NCBI RefSeq assembly: GCF_018350175.1
Contig: NC_058368.1
Location: 1,302,001-1,366,000 of the forward strand
Source of the DNA: Felis catus
Taxonomy: Eukaryota
DNA length: 64,000 nucleotides
Direction of reading: 5' to 3'
The notes under the pieces are model-generated. The model made no database searches. It saw nothing but the letters and a program-made list of their open reading frames with translations, and was not told where the DNA came from. The position numbers and the translations under genes are program-made. Positions 1 to 12,899 of the stretch are shown in pieces (the first letter of the stretch is position 1; each line of letters starts with the position of its first letter).

Positions 1-499
1 TGACGAGAACCAAACGTGGCGACTTTAATGAAGCGCGCGTCCATTACGAGCCAGTGGGATGTGACTGCCCCCCAGCCATGGCAACTTTGGGCACCTTCAG
101 TGGAAGTTTGGTGTCTCAGTGAGCTGGGTGTTTCTTTTCCCTCTTTTCTAAGCTGGTCCCGCCCAGCGGGAGCAGATATGTTTCTTTCCAGGGGACATTT
201 ACAAACTGTAAACAGATGGGCCAGCAGTGGATTTCTATGAGGGGAGGAGTTGACCCGAGGCCAAATGACCCTCAGCAGGGTGCTGTCTGGATGGGGGACA
301 GACCGAAGGTCTGCTCACTGGAGAAACACTGGTAACACAGTCACCACTGGGGAGGAAAAAAACCGAGTCCAGAGGTTCCGTTTTGAGCTTGAATGACCTA
401 GACGATCATATTTCTCTTCCACTGACAAGTAGAGATGCTGATAAAGGAAGCCGCCTTGGGAGTGATGGAGTCTGTGAGGCTGACTGTGGGCCGGGACGG

Positions 500-530
500 T
501 GGGGGGTGGGGTGGGGGGTGGGGTGGGGGG
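500..530 (+). repeat. G-rich tandem repeat (TGGGGGGTGGGG)x2.5, G-quadruplex motif
   Basis: Five runs of 4-6 G separated by single T. Confidence 0.85.
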
Positions 531-1257
531 TTGGTGAAACGCTATAGGCGACGTGTGGCTGAATGTCAGGAATGAAAGCCTAGGTCTGGGAATCCAGTCT
601 TGTTTCGGACTCCCTGTTTACCCTTCATTCCTGTCTAGTCGGCCTTTTCCAGATGGGCCTGCACTTTTCCCAACCGTGCTCAAAATCCTATCCATCTTTC
701 ATGGGCTTGCTGTTCCGCGGTTGTTCTTTGAATTCTTGTTTCTCCCCATTTACTCCTGGAGAGAGATCATCCCCGTGTGCTCTCCCCGGTCCCTCCGCCC
801 CGCGCTCCTGTGCTCCACGTGCAGCCCTCCCTCTGTTACCGCTTTCCGTGCCTTTGCTTTACCTCTCTTGCAATGATTTCCTTGACGGTTAAGACATTTC
901 AGGATGGAACCCGTCCCTTACTTATCTTTGTATCATTGCTTCCCCCCGGCCCTTAGTACCACCTACCTAATGCGCAGATCATGTCTGCTGCTTCTGTATC
1001 ATTGATGGAGTAAATCGTTCAAGTTAACGTGGAATTGAGGCAGTATACAGTTGCTGTTTGGAAGAGTCAATTCTACAAGAGAAGGGCTTTGGTGGGAGGG
1101 AAGGTGGAGGTATAAATGCTGAGCCTGCAGAAAAGAGGAGTGGGAGCCAGTAATAGGAGAGAGAAGAAGGGAATGGAGAGATAGAGGCTAGCCCAGACGA
1201 GGGGCAGATAGCTGTGTGGCTGACTAGGTGGGGACAGAGTATCCAGGAGGCTGGTGC

Positions 1258-1690
1258 ACTGATCAGGACTCACCGGGGAAGCAAAACCAATAATATATAC
1301 ATATATATATTATACAGAAATTTATTTTGGGAATTGGCTCACATGATTGCGAGGGCTGGCAAAAGCCCAAATCTTCAGGGCAGGTCAGCAGGCTGGAGCC
1401 CCAGGGGAGAGCTGGTGTTGCAGCTTGAGTGTGAAGGCACTCTGAAGGCAGAGTTCTCTCTCCTTTGCCAGGGCGGGGGGGTGGGGGGACCAGTCTTTCT
1501 GTGAAGGCCTTCAACTGATGTGTTGAGGCCCACCCACATTATGGAGGGTAATCTGCTCTACTTAAAGTCTATGGTTTAACTGTCAATCACATCTAAAAAA
1601 CATGTTCACAGGCCATTTAGATTCATGTTTCCCCAACTACATGTTTGCACTGTAGTCTAGCCCAGTTGGTGGATAAAATGAACCCTCACA
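1258..1690 (-). mobile_element. ERVL solo LTR, MLT2-like
   Basis: Typical MLT2 blocks (GGAATTGGCTCACATGATT, GAGGCCCACCCACATTATGGAGGGTAATCTGCT); ends ...CCCTCACA, which is the TGTG start on the minus strand. Confidence 0.8.
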
Positions 1691-4600
1691 GGTGGGTTCA
1701 TTTCTTCCTCCCAGCAGATGAATCCTACCAAAGGGAGCAAAGCTTTAGGGCCACCCTGGTAGACAAGGTTACTTCTCCTTCCAGGGGCTCACAGTGGAGC
1801 TGAGAGGCCAGTGAGTAGACAAGCAATTGCAATACAGCAGTGAGGGCTGTGATAAGGGTGGCCAAGGGCAACGAGCACCATACACGGGCCGAGAACACGG
1901 GAGAAAAGCTGAGGGGACTTGTTAAGACCTTGATTTAATGTGTGGCATGCACATCGACAGAAGCCGCCACAAAATGTTAACAATTATTGATTCTATCTTG
2001 TCTGAGGTGATTTTACAAGTAATCTTAATTTCCACCGACGATAAATACATGATACATTGATTGTTAGAAAAATAAAGACTAAAAAGTAAACTAGAAGAGA
2101 CTAGGGATATCGGAGGGTATGCCTTTGTCCCTTCTTTCTGTACAAAGAACGGCGACCATACTGGAGACATTTTTCTCTGCGAGTGCCCTTTGGGAAAGAA
2201 GAAGTCGCCTGCTGATAAGGTGTCGAATTCACTGCGGATGCACCCTTTTGGAACAATGAGCTTCTTATACGGAGTGTTGTTTGTTTACTTCTTCTCCGTG
2301 ACTCTTCTCCAAAATGTAAGTCTGCTGACGTGACACATGACTGTTGTCACCCAGGTGTGTTATCAGCGGAAGGCTGCCGGGCCAGGCCCCGAGGCGAATG
2401 CGGCACCGGCCAGCGTTTCGAGCTGCGTGCGGGCTTGGAGCTAGTTCAGGAGTTGACCACGGAATAGTAGAAGACAAAACAAGAAAAGCCACGTTGACTG
2501 TGATCCTGAAATAAAAGCAGACGCTTTAAGTCTACTCCTAACTCTCCCTACTAGTTTCCAGGTGCGCTGTTCCAGCAACTGGCTTTCTAACTTCTCTGGC
2601 AGGTGACCAAGGTCAGTGGGCCTTCCCTGAGAAAGGCCCTCTTTGTAGTGGGTTCACTACGGGTTCAGTCGCTCCTAACCCAGCTTGCGGCGAAGGTGAA
2701 TCGAACACGGTTGCAGCTGAGCTTGGGGGCTGCTTCAGAGAAGAGACTCGGAGTGTTGGGTGGGATTGGAGGAGACCCAAAGGGATGGGCAAGAAGGCCC
2801 CAGGTAGAGTGAGGGAAGAGCCTCCCGATCCCTCTGCTTTCCTGCTTCCTAAGATCTCCGGCAACGGCGATGCCTTCCCTCTCTCCGCCTCCCAGGCCAA
2901 TCCAGGCATACTCCCAGGAGGAGATTAGAATAATAATGTTCTTATTACTTATTAATAAATTCCGTGGAACAGGCATTATCTCCACCTTCCGACAGTCCCC
3001 CAAAGCAGGTAATACTGTCCCCAGGGAGGCACTGGTGACTTAAGGCTTCCCGGCGAGGTGCAGAGCCAGGATTCAGACCGAGCATAATTCAATCTCCAGC
3101 TTCATAACTGTTCCCGACAGCCTGTCACCTCTGACTGCGTCCTCCTGGACGCTCCCCTCAGCCTCCGCCCCTCTGCCCGCTCTTGCCTCTAATTGCACTT
3201 GGCCCTCGACGCTGCATTTCACCACTTCTCTGATCTATGGGGATTTTCACTTCCCTTCTGCTCTCCAGTGCGCAGCTGTCCGCTGGCCAGTCAGGGCTCT
3301 GTGTGTTCTCTGCGCTTTCCTGGCTTTAGAAGACCGAACTACAACCGCGGCCCCGGCCTTTCCTGGTTAATGAACTTGCCACCTTAAAAATGAGAAGCTG
3401 AAACATGGTAGCAGGTGAAAGTTCCTGACAGGACCTGGCACCTGGGCAGGTGCTCCGTGAAAGCTCATTTCTTCCTTTCCCTCTCTTTCTCCTCCTCTCT
3501 TTTCTTGTCTTACTCTTTCCTCAGCTTCCTCCCTGTAAACTGGGGATGTTTCAGCATCTCACAGAATTGTTGGGATCTTAAATGAAGCCGTGTATCTGAA
3601 AGGCCAAGCACAGTGTCTGAAACGTAATGACGTCTCAATCCTTGCCACCATTTCCATAGGACATTTCTCACTCAACAAAAAATGTCAACAGTGCTTTTGT
3701 GTCACATTCTCCACCCCCCCCCCCACCCCCCTTGCCTGGTCCTCTCTTGTCTCGCCAGCGTGTAATTTGATGGTGTTGTCGCAATGCGAGTTTAGGGAAA
3801 GAGGGTCTAATCTCAGCCGGGATGGTGCTTGTTTGAGATCTGGTGGCCTGTTTGCTCCTGGGTTCCCTGTTGTGTCAGCCAGCTCCCGGGCTCCTTGGAC
3901 CTGCCTTTCTGGAGTGTTCCTGCCTCCTGCTCTCACGTGTGTCCAGGTCATCTGTTTGAGCTTGAAGACATTGCAGGGACTGTTTACAGGGTCCCAGGGA
4001 TCATTTGAGGAGAAGCTGGCAAAAAACCTTGTGGTTCAAAACTGCCCCGTGGGTTTATTTTGCCCTTGTTTATTGAAACATATTTTTCAGAATCTCTTTA
4101 CTCCTCCTGTTTCATTTAGCTTTGGCTGCCTATCTGTCAGTGTAAAGATGTAGGTGGTTTAATATTCCGGAGAACTTCTCCTGTCACAGTGAATCCTGAC
4201 TAGCTCATCCCACTTTGTTCCTGGTTACTTCCACTACTTAGGATGAAGTAGTTCAATCTGAGAAATGAAATGAGAAAAGAATGCGGCACATTTCAGGGAA
4301 ATTAAAAGAGGGCACCACCTGTGTGGAAGTAAGGTAGAGAGTTGGTTCATCCTTATTGGGTTGGGTCTTTGTTGTGTCACTATTTATCTGGAAGTATTAT
4401 ACACTATTGCAAATGATCCTTATTTCCTAATGTAAATATATAGAAAAGCCTCATCAGTTTAGCCTAATCCTTCCTCCTTCTTCCCTTTCTGGATCGGTCA
4501 AAAGTCTCTAAAGTACTTAGAAAGAGATACAGCCGTTGACAAACAGGACTAAACAAAAACGTATTGCCTAATAGAAGTTCTTAGGAAATTGATACAAACA

Positions 4601-6604
4601 TTTCTATTATTATTCTTTTTATGCACATAGATGCTCTTAAAAGATTTTAGGTTTGTTCTCTAGTTCAATACTTTTCCAAAAGGAGCTTTGCACTGTTAAT
4701 TTGTCAGCACATCTTTATAAGTAGTGAAAAAGTAAAATTTCAATCTATTTTGAATCTCTGTGAGTTCAGTTATTTTGAATTAGCACAAGGTAGAACTATG
4801 AGGTTTCGCCCCATGGCCTTGTGTTCCATCTCTGTGCTGGATGACCTTGGCTTTGCATTCTTTGGTTCTACTATGTATGTTCTTCCATTCAGGCCAACTA
4901 CAGAGAGGAGACAATACTTTTGAGCTTGACATCGGGCAGCATTGAAGTGCCTGTGCTACCCAGACCGTGGACTTCTGCCTGTTCGTGGATCTGGTCAGTA
5001 GCTCATCCCTTTCTCCTCAGGCACAGCTGTCACGAAAGAAAAGCTTCTCATTGACTCGACACTGGAATATTACAAACAAGTACAGACTCATCTGATGTTG
5101 CCCCTCTCTTTTTCTCTGTGGGACAGTAGGGAAGAACAAACTTTGGTAAGAATAGAGTAAAAGGAAACTGGAAAAGGTTTATTGTTGGACAGCCAGTTTT
5201 CCATAATCCATGATGTGGGTTATAATTTTATGAAAGTTGATGAACTCTAAAAGTAAGGTTGATTCTCTTCCTCACTAAAACCTCTTCCTCCTTCTGTCTT
5301 CTCCTTCCGCACCAACCCCATGTACATAATCTCTGGAAACTGGAGGTCTCACATGGGTAAGTCTCCTTGGGGTTCAGAAGAGTCTGGACATTTGGTTATA
5401 GGGTGGAGGCTGGGGACAGCACCGGGCCGATTGGTGCTTCATAAATGTTCACTGAATGTATGAGATATAGAAAAGATTCAATGGCCTACTAAAAGTCCTT
5501 TGGAGACTTCTGGTTTCTGGTACAACATGTAGAGACCTTAGAAGTCATCACTCTTGTTCTGACAACAAGGAAAAAGTTAAACAAACTGAAAATCAACAAC
5601 TCTTCTTAGATTGTTCAGAGAGTTGAGGTCACAGAGAAACCACTGTTCCCAAACTGGAGAGAGAAGCAGATACAGAGCAGAAGGTTGCTGCTAGAGCCAA
5701 TGTTTTTCCTTTTATCCACTATGTCCTGTCTGCTTTTCAACAACAACAACAACAACAACAAAATAGGGTATAGCTAAAAGGCACAAAACGCAGTCTGAGA
5801 TTCAAAGCAAGTGTCTGAACCAGACTCAGATACGGCAAAGATTTGGAATTACAGATTGAGAATTTAAAATAACTGATTAATATGCTAAGGGCTCTAATGG
5901 AAAGTGGACACCATAGCAGAATGGATGGGTGATGTGAGCAGAGAAATGGAAATGCTAAGAAATAAAATAAATAAAATAAAATAAAATAAAATAAAACAAA
6001 ATAAAAAAAATAATAGAGATCGAAAGCACTGTAAGAGAGAAATGGAGAATGGGTGCATAAGTACACTGGACAGGGGGTGAGGAAGGAATCATGAAACTGT
6101 GTCGATAGAAACTTCCCAAACCAAAAAAAAACAAGAAGAAAAAAATAAAATTAAATTAAAGAAGACAATATCCAAAACTATGAAACAATTACAAAAATTG
6201 TACCATACCTGTAGTGGGAATACTAGAGGGAGAAGAAAGAGAAAGAGGTAGAAGAGGTATTTGAAGCAATAATGACTGAGAATTTCTTAAAAGTAATAAT
6301 AGAGAGTAAACCACAGATCCAGGAACCTTAGAGAATACAAAGCAGGATAAGTATTTAAAAATCTACATCAATACAAAAAATATTCAAACTGCAGAAAATC
6401 GATGAAAAGAGAAAAATTTTTATTGAAGCCAGAGGATGAATAACTACCTTATTTATAGAGGGACAAGGACAAGCATTACATCAAACATCTTTTGAGAAAC
6501 TGTGCAGGAAAGAAGAGGGTAGAGTGAATTTAAGTGTTGAAAGAAGAAAACTTACCAACTTGGGATTCTTTATCCTTGAAATTCTTCAAAAGTGAGGAAA
6601 AATA

Positions 6605-6930
6605 CAAATACCTTCTGATCCCATTTTATGAGGCACCTAGAGCATTCCAATTAATAGAGAGAGAAAGTGGAAAGGTGGAATGGTGGTTGTCAAGACCTGG
6701 GTGGAGGAGGGGTGGGGAGTTGATTGTTTAATGGGTATGGAGTTTAAGTTTGGGAGTATGAAGAATTTCTGGATATGGAATGGGAGAGAAAGGACTGGTT
6801 GAGCTACATTATGAATATACTGAATGCCACTGAAATGTACACTGAAAAATGGTTAAAATTGTAAATTTTGTATCCCGTATGTTTTATCACAATGAAAAAT
6901 GAAAATATTTTAAAGTAGAGGAAAAATAAC
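6605..6930 (+). mobile_element. LINE-1 3' fragment (L1MA/L1MB-like) nested in ORF1 of the L1MC
   Basis: L1 3' UTR motifs (ATGGGTATGGAGTTT, AATGCCACTGAAATGTACAC..AAAATGGTTAAAAT); host ORF1 sequence resumes afterwards. Confidence 0.75.
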
Positions 6931-9411
6931 AAAAACAAAGTAAAAGAAATAAAGATTTCCTCAGACAAAAATTGAGAGAATTTGTCATCAGACCATTTTG
7001 GTGACAGACCCAGAACTAGAAGAATAGTCTTCCTTGCAAGAAATATTAAAATAAATTCTTCATAGAGAAGGAAAATGATATAGGTCAGAAACCTGGATCT
7101 ACATAAAGAATGGAAGAGCATTGCAGAAGGCATAAATAAGAGAAAATATGATCTTTTATTTTTATTATTATTAATTGATCTAACAGAAAATAGTTTGTTC
7201 AAAATAATTATTGCAACAATTGTTTAGTTACTATAACTTATGTATAAGTGAAAGGTATGACAACAATCTTATAAGGGACAGAGGGAACAGTTAGTAATAC
7301 TCTGATATAAGGTACCTGAACTGTCAGTGAAGTGGATATTTGATGTGGTTATTTGAAAGTTTATTTATATTAGTTGAAAGTGTATTTGCACACTTAAGAG
7401 CAACCTGTAAAAAAAGTAAAAAAAAATTATAAATGATATGCTAAGAGAGGAGAAAAGTGGAATAATATAAAATGCTCAATTAAAATCAGAGAAGACAGGA
7501 AAAGAATGGAAGATCAAAAACAAAAACAAGGGCAATGAATAGAAAATAGTTACAAATATGAGAGATATTAAATCCACTAGACCAATATCAACTTAAATGT
7601 GAATGATCTAAATAGATCAGTTAAAAGACAGAGACTATCAGAGTAGATCAAAAAATAAGAAACCAACTTTAAAGACACAGATACTTTTGATTTTAAAAGT
7701 AAAGGGATGGAGAAAGATATACCATGTTAACATAAATCAAAAGAAAACTGAAATAGCTATATTAATTTCAGACAAATTACACTTCAGATGAAGGAAAAAT
7801 AATCAGGGATAAAAAGAGGCATTACATAATGGTAAAAGGGTCAATAATCTAAGAAGATGTAACAATTCTTAACGTATATGCACCTAATAACAGAGCATCA
7901 AATTATGTGAGGCAAAACCATGAAACTGTAAGAAATAGATGAATCCACTATCATACTTGGTAACATATCAGGAATGGACAGATCCAACAGGCACAACATT
8001 GGTAAGAACACAACTGAATTCAGCAGCATCATCAATCAACTGGATCTAATTGACATCTACAGAACATTCACAGCAAAATACACATTCTTCTCAAGCTCGC
8101 ATGGAACATTCACCAAAATAGATCACATTCTAGGCTATAAAATATACCTTAATAAATTTAAAAGGGTAAAAATCATACAAAGTTTGCTCTCACACTACAA
8201 TGGAATTGAATAAGGAATCAATAACCGAATAATAGCCAGAAAATACCAAAATATTTGCAGATTAAACAACGCATCTAAATAATTCATGGGTCAAAAAAAA
8301 TTTCAAGAGAAATTTAAAAAATTTGAAATAAGTGAAAATGAAAACACAAGTTATCAAAATTTGTGGGATGCAGTGAAAGCACTGCTCGGATAGAAATTTA
8401 TGGCACTGAATGCATACATTAGGAAAGAAGAAAGACCTAAAATCAATATTTTCTAGTTTCTACCTTAGGAAACTAGAAGAAGAAGAGCAACATAAACTTA
8501 AATCAAACAGAAGAAAATAAATAACTAAGAAAAAAAGAGAAGACATGAATTGCTGTTTTAGACATAAAAGAGGGGCTATCACTACTGATCCTATGGACAT
8601 TAAAAAGATAATAAAATATACTATGGAAAGGTCTATGCCCACAAATTTGATAATTTAGATAACATGGAACATTTTTTTAAGTCACAATCTACTAAAATTT
8701 ACATATGGAAAAACAGTTAATCTGAATAAGCTTATATCTATTAAATAAATTGAAGCAATATTATTAAGAAGCTTCCAAATTAAAAGCACAAGACCTAGAT
8801 GGTTTCACTGGTGAATTCTACTAAATATTTAAGGAAAAAGAATACAAATTCTGTACAATATCTTCCAGAATCTGAGGGAATATGTTCTTATTCTGTGAGA
8901 TTGGCATTACCCTGATTCCAAATCCTGATAAAGACATTGTAAGAAAGGAAAACCACAGACTAATACCTCTTATGAACATAGATATAAAAATCTTCAACAA
9001 ATATTAGCAAATCAAATCCAACAAAGTATAAAAAGCATTATATACTACAACAAAATGAGGTTTACCCCAAGTAAGGAGTATTAGTACAACATTCAAAAAT
9101 CAATTAATGTAACCCATCACATCGACAGGCTAAAGAATAAGAACCATAGGATCATATCAATAGAAGTGGAAAAGCATTTGTCAAAATCAAGGCCCATTCA
9201 TGATAAAAACTCTCAATAAATTAAACATAGAAAGGAACCTCTTCAACTTGATAAAGAACATCTACAAAAACCCTACACGTAACATCATACTGGTGAGAAA
9301 CTAAATGCTCTCCTAACAGGAACAGGGCAAGGATGTCCCCTCCCATCCCTACTAACAACATTGTATTGAAAGCCTTAGCTAATGTAATAAGACAAGAAAA
9401 GGAAATAAAAT

Positions 9412-9620
9412 GGAGCACCTGGGTGGCTCAGTCTGTTGAGCGTCCAACTTTGGCTCAGGTCACGATTTCACTGTTCATGAGTTCGAGCCCCGCATCGGGC
9501 TCTGTGCTGACAGCTCAGAGCCTGCAGCCTGCTTCGCATTCTGTGTCTCCCTCTCTCTCTGCTCCTCCCCTGCTCGCACTCTGTCTCTCTCTCTCAAAAA
9601 TAAATAAATGTTAAAAACAA
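9412..9620 (+). mobile_element. Felid CanSINE (SINEC_Fc) nested in L1 ORF2
   Basis: tRNA-derived head, (CT)n, AATAAA tail; 18-bp TSD AAGAAAAGGAAATAAAAT. Confidence 0.95.
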
Positions 9621-9961
9621 AAGAAAAGGAAATAAAATGCATTTTATTGGGAAGGAAGAAATCTTAGTTTATATATGACACTATTATTTATGTAGAAATT
9701 CTGAAGGACACAACAAAAATTCTCCTGGAACGAGTGAGGGATAATAGCAAGGTTGCAGGACACAAGGTAATATGCAGAAGTCAATTGCTTTCCTGTATAC
9801 CAGCAATGGACACAATTGACAACACTATTTATATTAGCACCAAAAGTTAAATACTTAGGAACAAATCTAACAAAACACATACGAGATCTATACTGGAAAA
9901 ACTATAAACCTCTGAAATGAAAGAAATCACAGAAGATCTAAATAAATATATATTTCTTGTT

Positions 9962-10437
9962 TGTATTAGTTTTTTTATGGCTGCTGTAACAAATGACCAC
10001 AAACTGAGTGGGTAAAACAACAGAAAATTTTTCCCCCACAATTCTGAAGGCTAGAAGTTCAAAATTAAGTGTTTGGCAAGGCTGTGCTCCCTCTGAAAGA
10101 TCTAGGAAAGAATCCTTCCTTGCCTTTTTCTAGCTTCTGGTGTTGCCAGCAATCCTTGATGTCCGTTAGTTTGCAGCCATATCACTCCACTATCTGCCTC
10201 TGTCATCACATGGCCTTCTTCCCTGTGTGTCTATGTCTCCTCTGTGACTACTGTTTCTCTTATCTTTTCTAAAAGGACACCAGTCACACTGGATTTGGAG
10301 CCCATCCTAATTCTATATATCCTCATCTTAGCTAATTTTGCCTAGAAAACTCTACTTCCAAATAAGATCCCATTCACAAGTGCTGAGGGTTGGGACTTCA
10401 ACACATCCTTTTTGTGGACCCAGTTCAACCCACAACA
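9962..10437 (-). mobile_element. MaLR solo LTR (MLT1C-like) nested in L1 ORF2
   Basis: TGTATTAGTTT...CCCACAACA termini, GGCTGCTGTAACAAATGACCACAAACT motif, 5-bp TSD TTGTT/GTGTT. Confidence 0.88.
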
Positions 10438-10865
10438 GTGTTCTTGGATAGGAAGTCTCAACATGGTTAAGATGTCAGTTTTTCCCAACTTGGTCTCGAG
10501 ATTTAAAGCTACCCCTATCAAAATGTCAGCAACGTGTGGATCTGTCATCAAGCTGATTCCAACGTTTATATCAAGCAGAAGAGCAGAAAGGCAAAAGACC
10601 CAGAATAGATAACACAACACAGAAGAGGAACAAAGCTGGAATATTGACACTTTTCAACCCCAAGACTTCCTATAAAACTACAGTCATCAGGACGGTGTGG
10701 TATTGACAAAAGAAGAGAAATATAGATCAATGTAACGGAATAGAGAGCCTAGAAACAGACCCATACAAACATAGTGAGCTGATTTTTGATGAAGGAGCAG
10801 AGACAGTTCAATGGAAAAAAAATATTCTCTTTGATAAATGGTGCTGGAACCACTGGACATCCACA

Positions 10866-10868
<3 letters not shown>

Positions 10869-10937
<69 letters not shown>
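10869..10937. repeat. Compound microsatellite (TA)n(GA)n
   Basis: Directly visible. Confidence 0.97.
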
Positions 10938-10940
<3 letters not shown>

Positions 10941-12459
10941 TACACATTTCACAAAATTTAATTCAAAATGGATCATGTAAAATGTGAATGTAAAACTCCA
11001 GATTTTAAAATTTTAAGAAGAGAGTGTAGGAGATAATCTAGAGGAAATCTTAGGCTTGATGATGATTTTTTAGATACAGCACTGAAAGCAGAATCCATGA
11101 AAGAAAAAATTGGTGAGCTGGGCTTCATTAAAATAAAAAACTTTTACTCTACAGAAGATGCTTTTAAGGTAATGAAAAGACAAGCCACAAATTTGGAGAA
11201 AATATTTGCAAAGCACATATCTGATAAAGGGCTGTACACAAAATATGCAAAGGGCTCTTAAAACTCAACAATTAGAAAACAAAAACTCAGTTTAATAAAT
11301 GGGCAAAAGATCTAAACAAGGCACCTCACCAGAGAAGATATGTAGATGGCAAGTATGGATTTGGAATGATACCCCACATCATCTGTCATCAGGAAATGCA
11401 AATTAAAACAACAGTGAGATGCCTCTACACACCTATTAGAATGGCTAGAACCCAAAAGAATGAAAGGACCAAACACTGGCAAGGATGTGGGGCAATAGGA
11501 ACTCTCACTCATTGCTGGTGGGAATGCAAAACGGTGCAGCCACTTTGGAAGACGGTTTGGCAGATTCTTACAAAACTAAACATAGTCTTACCATACAATG
11601 TAGCAATTGCGCTCCTTGGCATTTACCCAGAAGAAGAGCTGAAAACCTACGTTTACACAAAAACCTATGCACAGATGTTTGTAGCATTTTTGTTCATAAC
11701 TGTCAAAACTTGGAAGCAACCAAGATGTCCTTCAGTAGGTGAATGAACAAACATGGTGTATCCAGACAAGGGAATATTATTTAGTGCTAAAAAGAGATGA
11801 AAAGTCATGAAAAGAGATGGAGGAAGCTTAAGTGCGTATTGCAAAGTGAAAGAAGCCGACCTGAAAAGGCTACATACTGTATGATTCTAAACAATAGGAC
11901 ATTCTAGAAAAGGCAAAACTATGGGGACAGTAGAAAGGTCAGCGGTTGCCAGGGGTTTGGGGAGAGGAAAGGACGAATAGGTAGGTGCAGCACAGGGGCG
12001 TTTTAGGGCAGTGAAATTATTCTATACGATACTATAATGGTGGATACATGTCATTATACATTTGTCAAAACTCACCCGATGGAACACCAAGAGCGAGCCC
12101 TGATGTGAACTGTGGACTTTGGGTGATAATGATGTGTCAGTTGATGTTCCCTGATTTTAACCAACATTCTACACTAAAGCAAGATGTTAATAATAGGGGA
12201 AACTGTATATGGGGAACAAGGGGTATTTGGGAACTCTCTTTTCTTTCCACTCAATTTTTCTGTACACCTAAAATTGCCCTAAAAAATAAAGTGTATTAAT
12301 TAAAAAGGAAAAGAAAGCCCTTTTGTTCTTTAGCTTAAGATCTTACATTAATTAACAAAATCATGTCCTGTAGCTAATAGCACTTACTTACAACAAACCA
12401 TTAAAATATTTAAGCAGTTGATTTTCTTAACAAATGTGTTTTTAAATTTGGGGGAGGCG

Positions 12460-12899
12460 TTATTTATTTATTTTGAGAGAGAGAGGAGAGCACAAGCAGG
12501 GGAGGGGCAGAGAAAAGGAGAGACAGAATCCCAAGCAGGCTCCACACCATTAGCACAGAGCCTGATGTTGGGCTTGAACTCAACGAACCTTGAGATCATG
12601 ACCTGAGCTGAGATCAAGAGTCAGATGCTTAATGGGGCGTCTGGGTAGCTCAGTCGGTTAAGCGTCCGACTTCAGCCAGGTCACGATCTCGCGGTCCGTG
12701 AGTTCGAGCCCCCCGTCGGGCTCTGTGCTGACAGCTCAGAGCCTGGAGCCTGTTTTGGATTCTGTGTCTCCCTCTCTCTCTGCCCCTCCCCCGTTCATGC
12801 TCTGTCTCTCTCTGTCTCAAAAATAAATAAACGTTAAAAAAAAAAATTTTTTTTAAAAAAGAGTCAGATGCTTAACCAACTGAGCCACCCAGGTGCCCC
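12460..12899 (-). mobile_element. Older CanSINE interrupted by a younger one
   Basis: Two halves join exactly across the TSD AAGAGTCAGATGCTTAA. Confidence 0.92.
12634..12858 (+). mobile_element. Felid CanSINE nested antisense in an older SINE
   Basis: 17-bp TSD at 12616-12632 and 12859-12875. Confidence 0.95.

Larger units (their letters stand above)
5502..12313 (+). mobile_element. Near full-length degenerate LINE-1, L1MC1-like, with nested insertions
   Basis: L1MC-type 5' end, ORF1 remnants, ORF2 remnants (7974-8213 YTFFSSSHGTFTKIDHILG; 11366-11746 HCWWECK..QPLWKTVW), L1MC-type 3' UTR and A tail; probable TSD AAAGTCCTTT/AAAGCCCTTT (5492-5501, 12314-12323); many stops and frameshifts. Confidence 0.92.

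Noticed and set aside
2603..2695. Exon-like segment (also 4893-4993 and from 17382)
   Set aside because: Weak donor sites and unrecognised peptides; insufficient support.
3590..4153. Longest ORF (187 aa)
   Set aside because: GTG start in MIR-like sequence, no recognisable domain, composition typical of random non-coding DNA.
7974..11746. ORFs with L1 endonuclease and C-terminal similarity
   Set aside because: Short remnants of a heavily disrupted ORF2; no intact reverse transcriptase.
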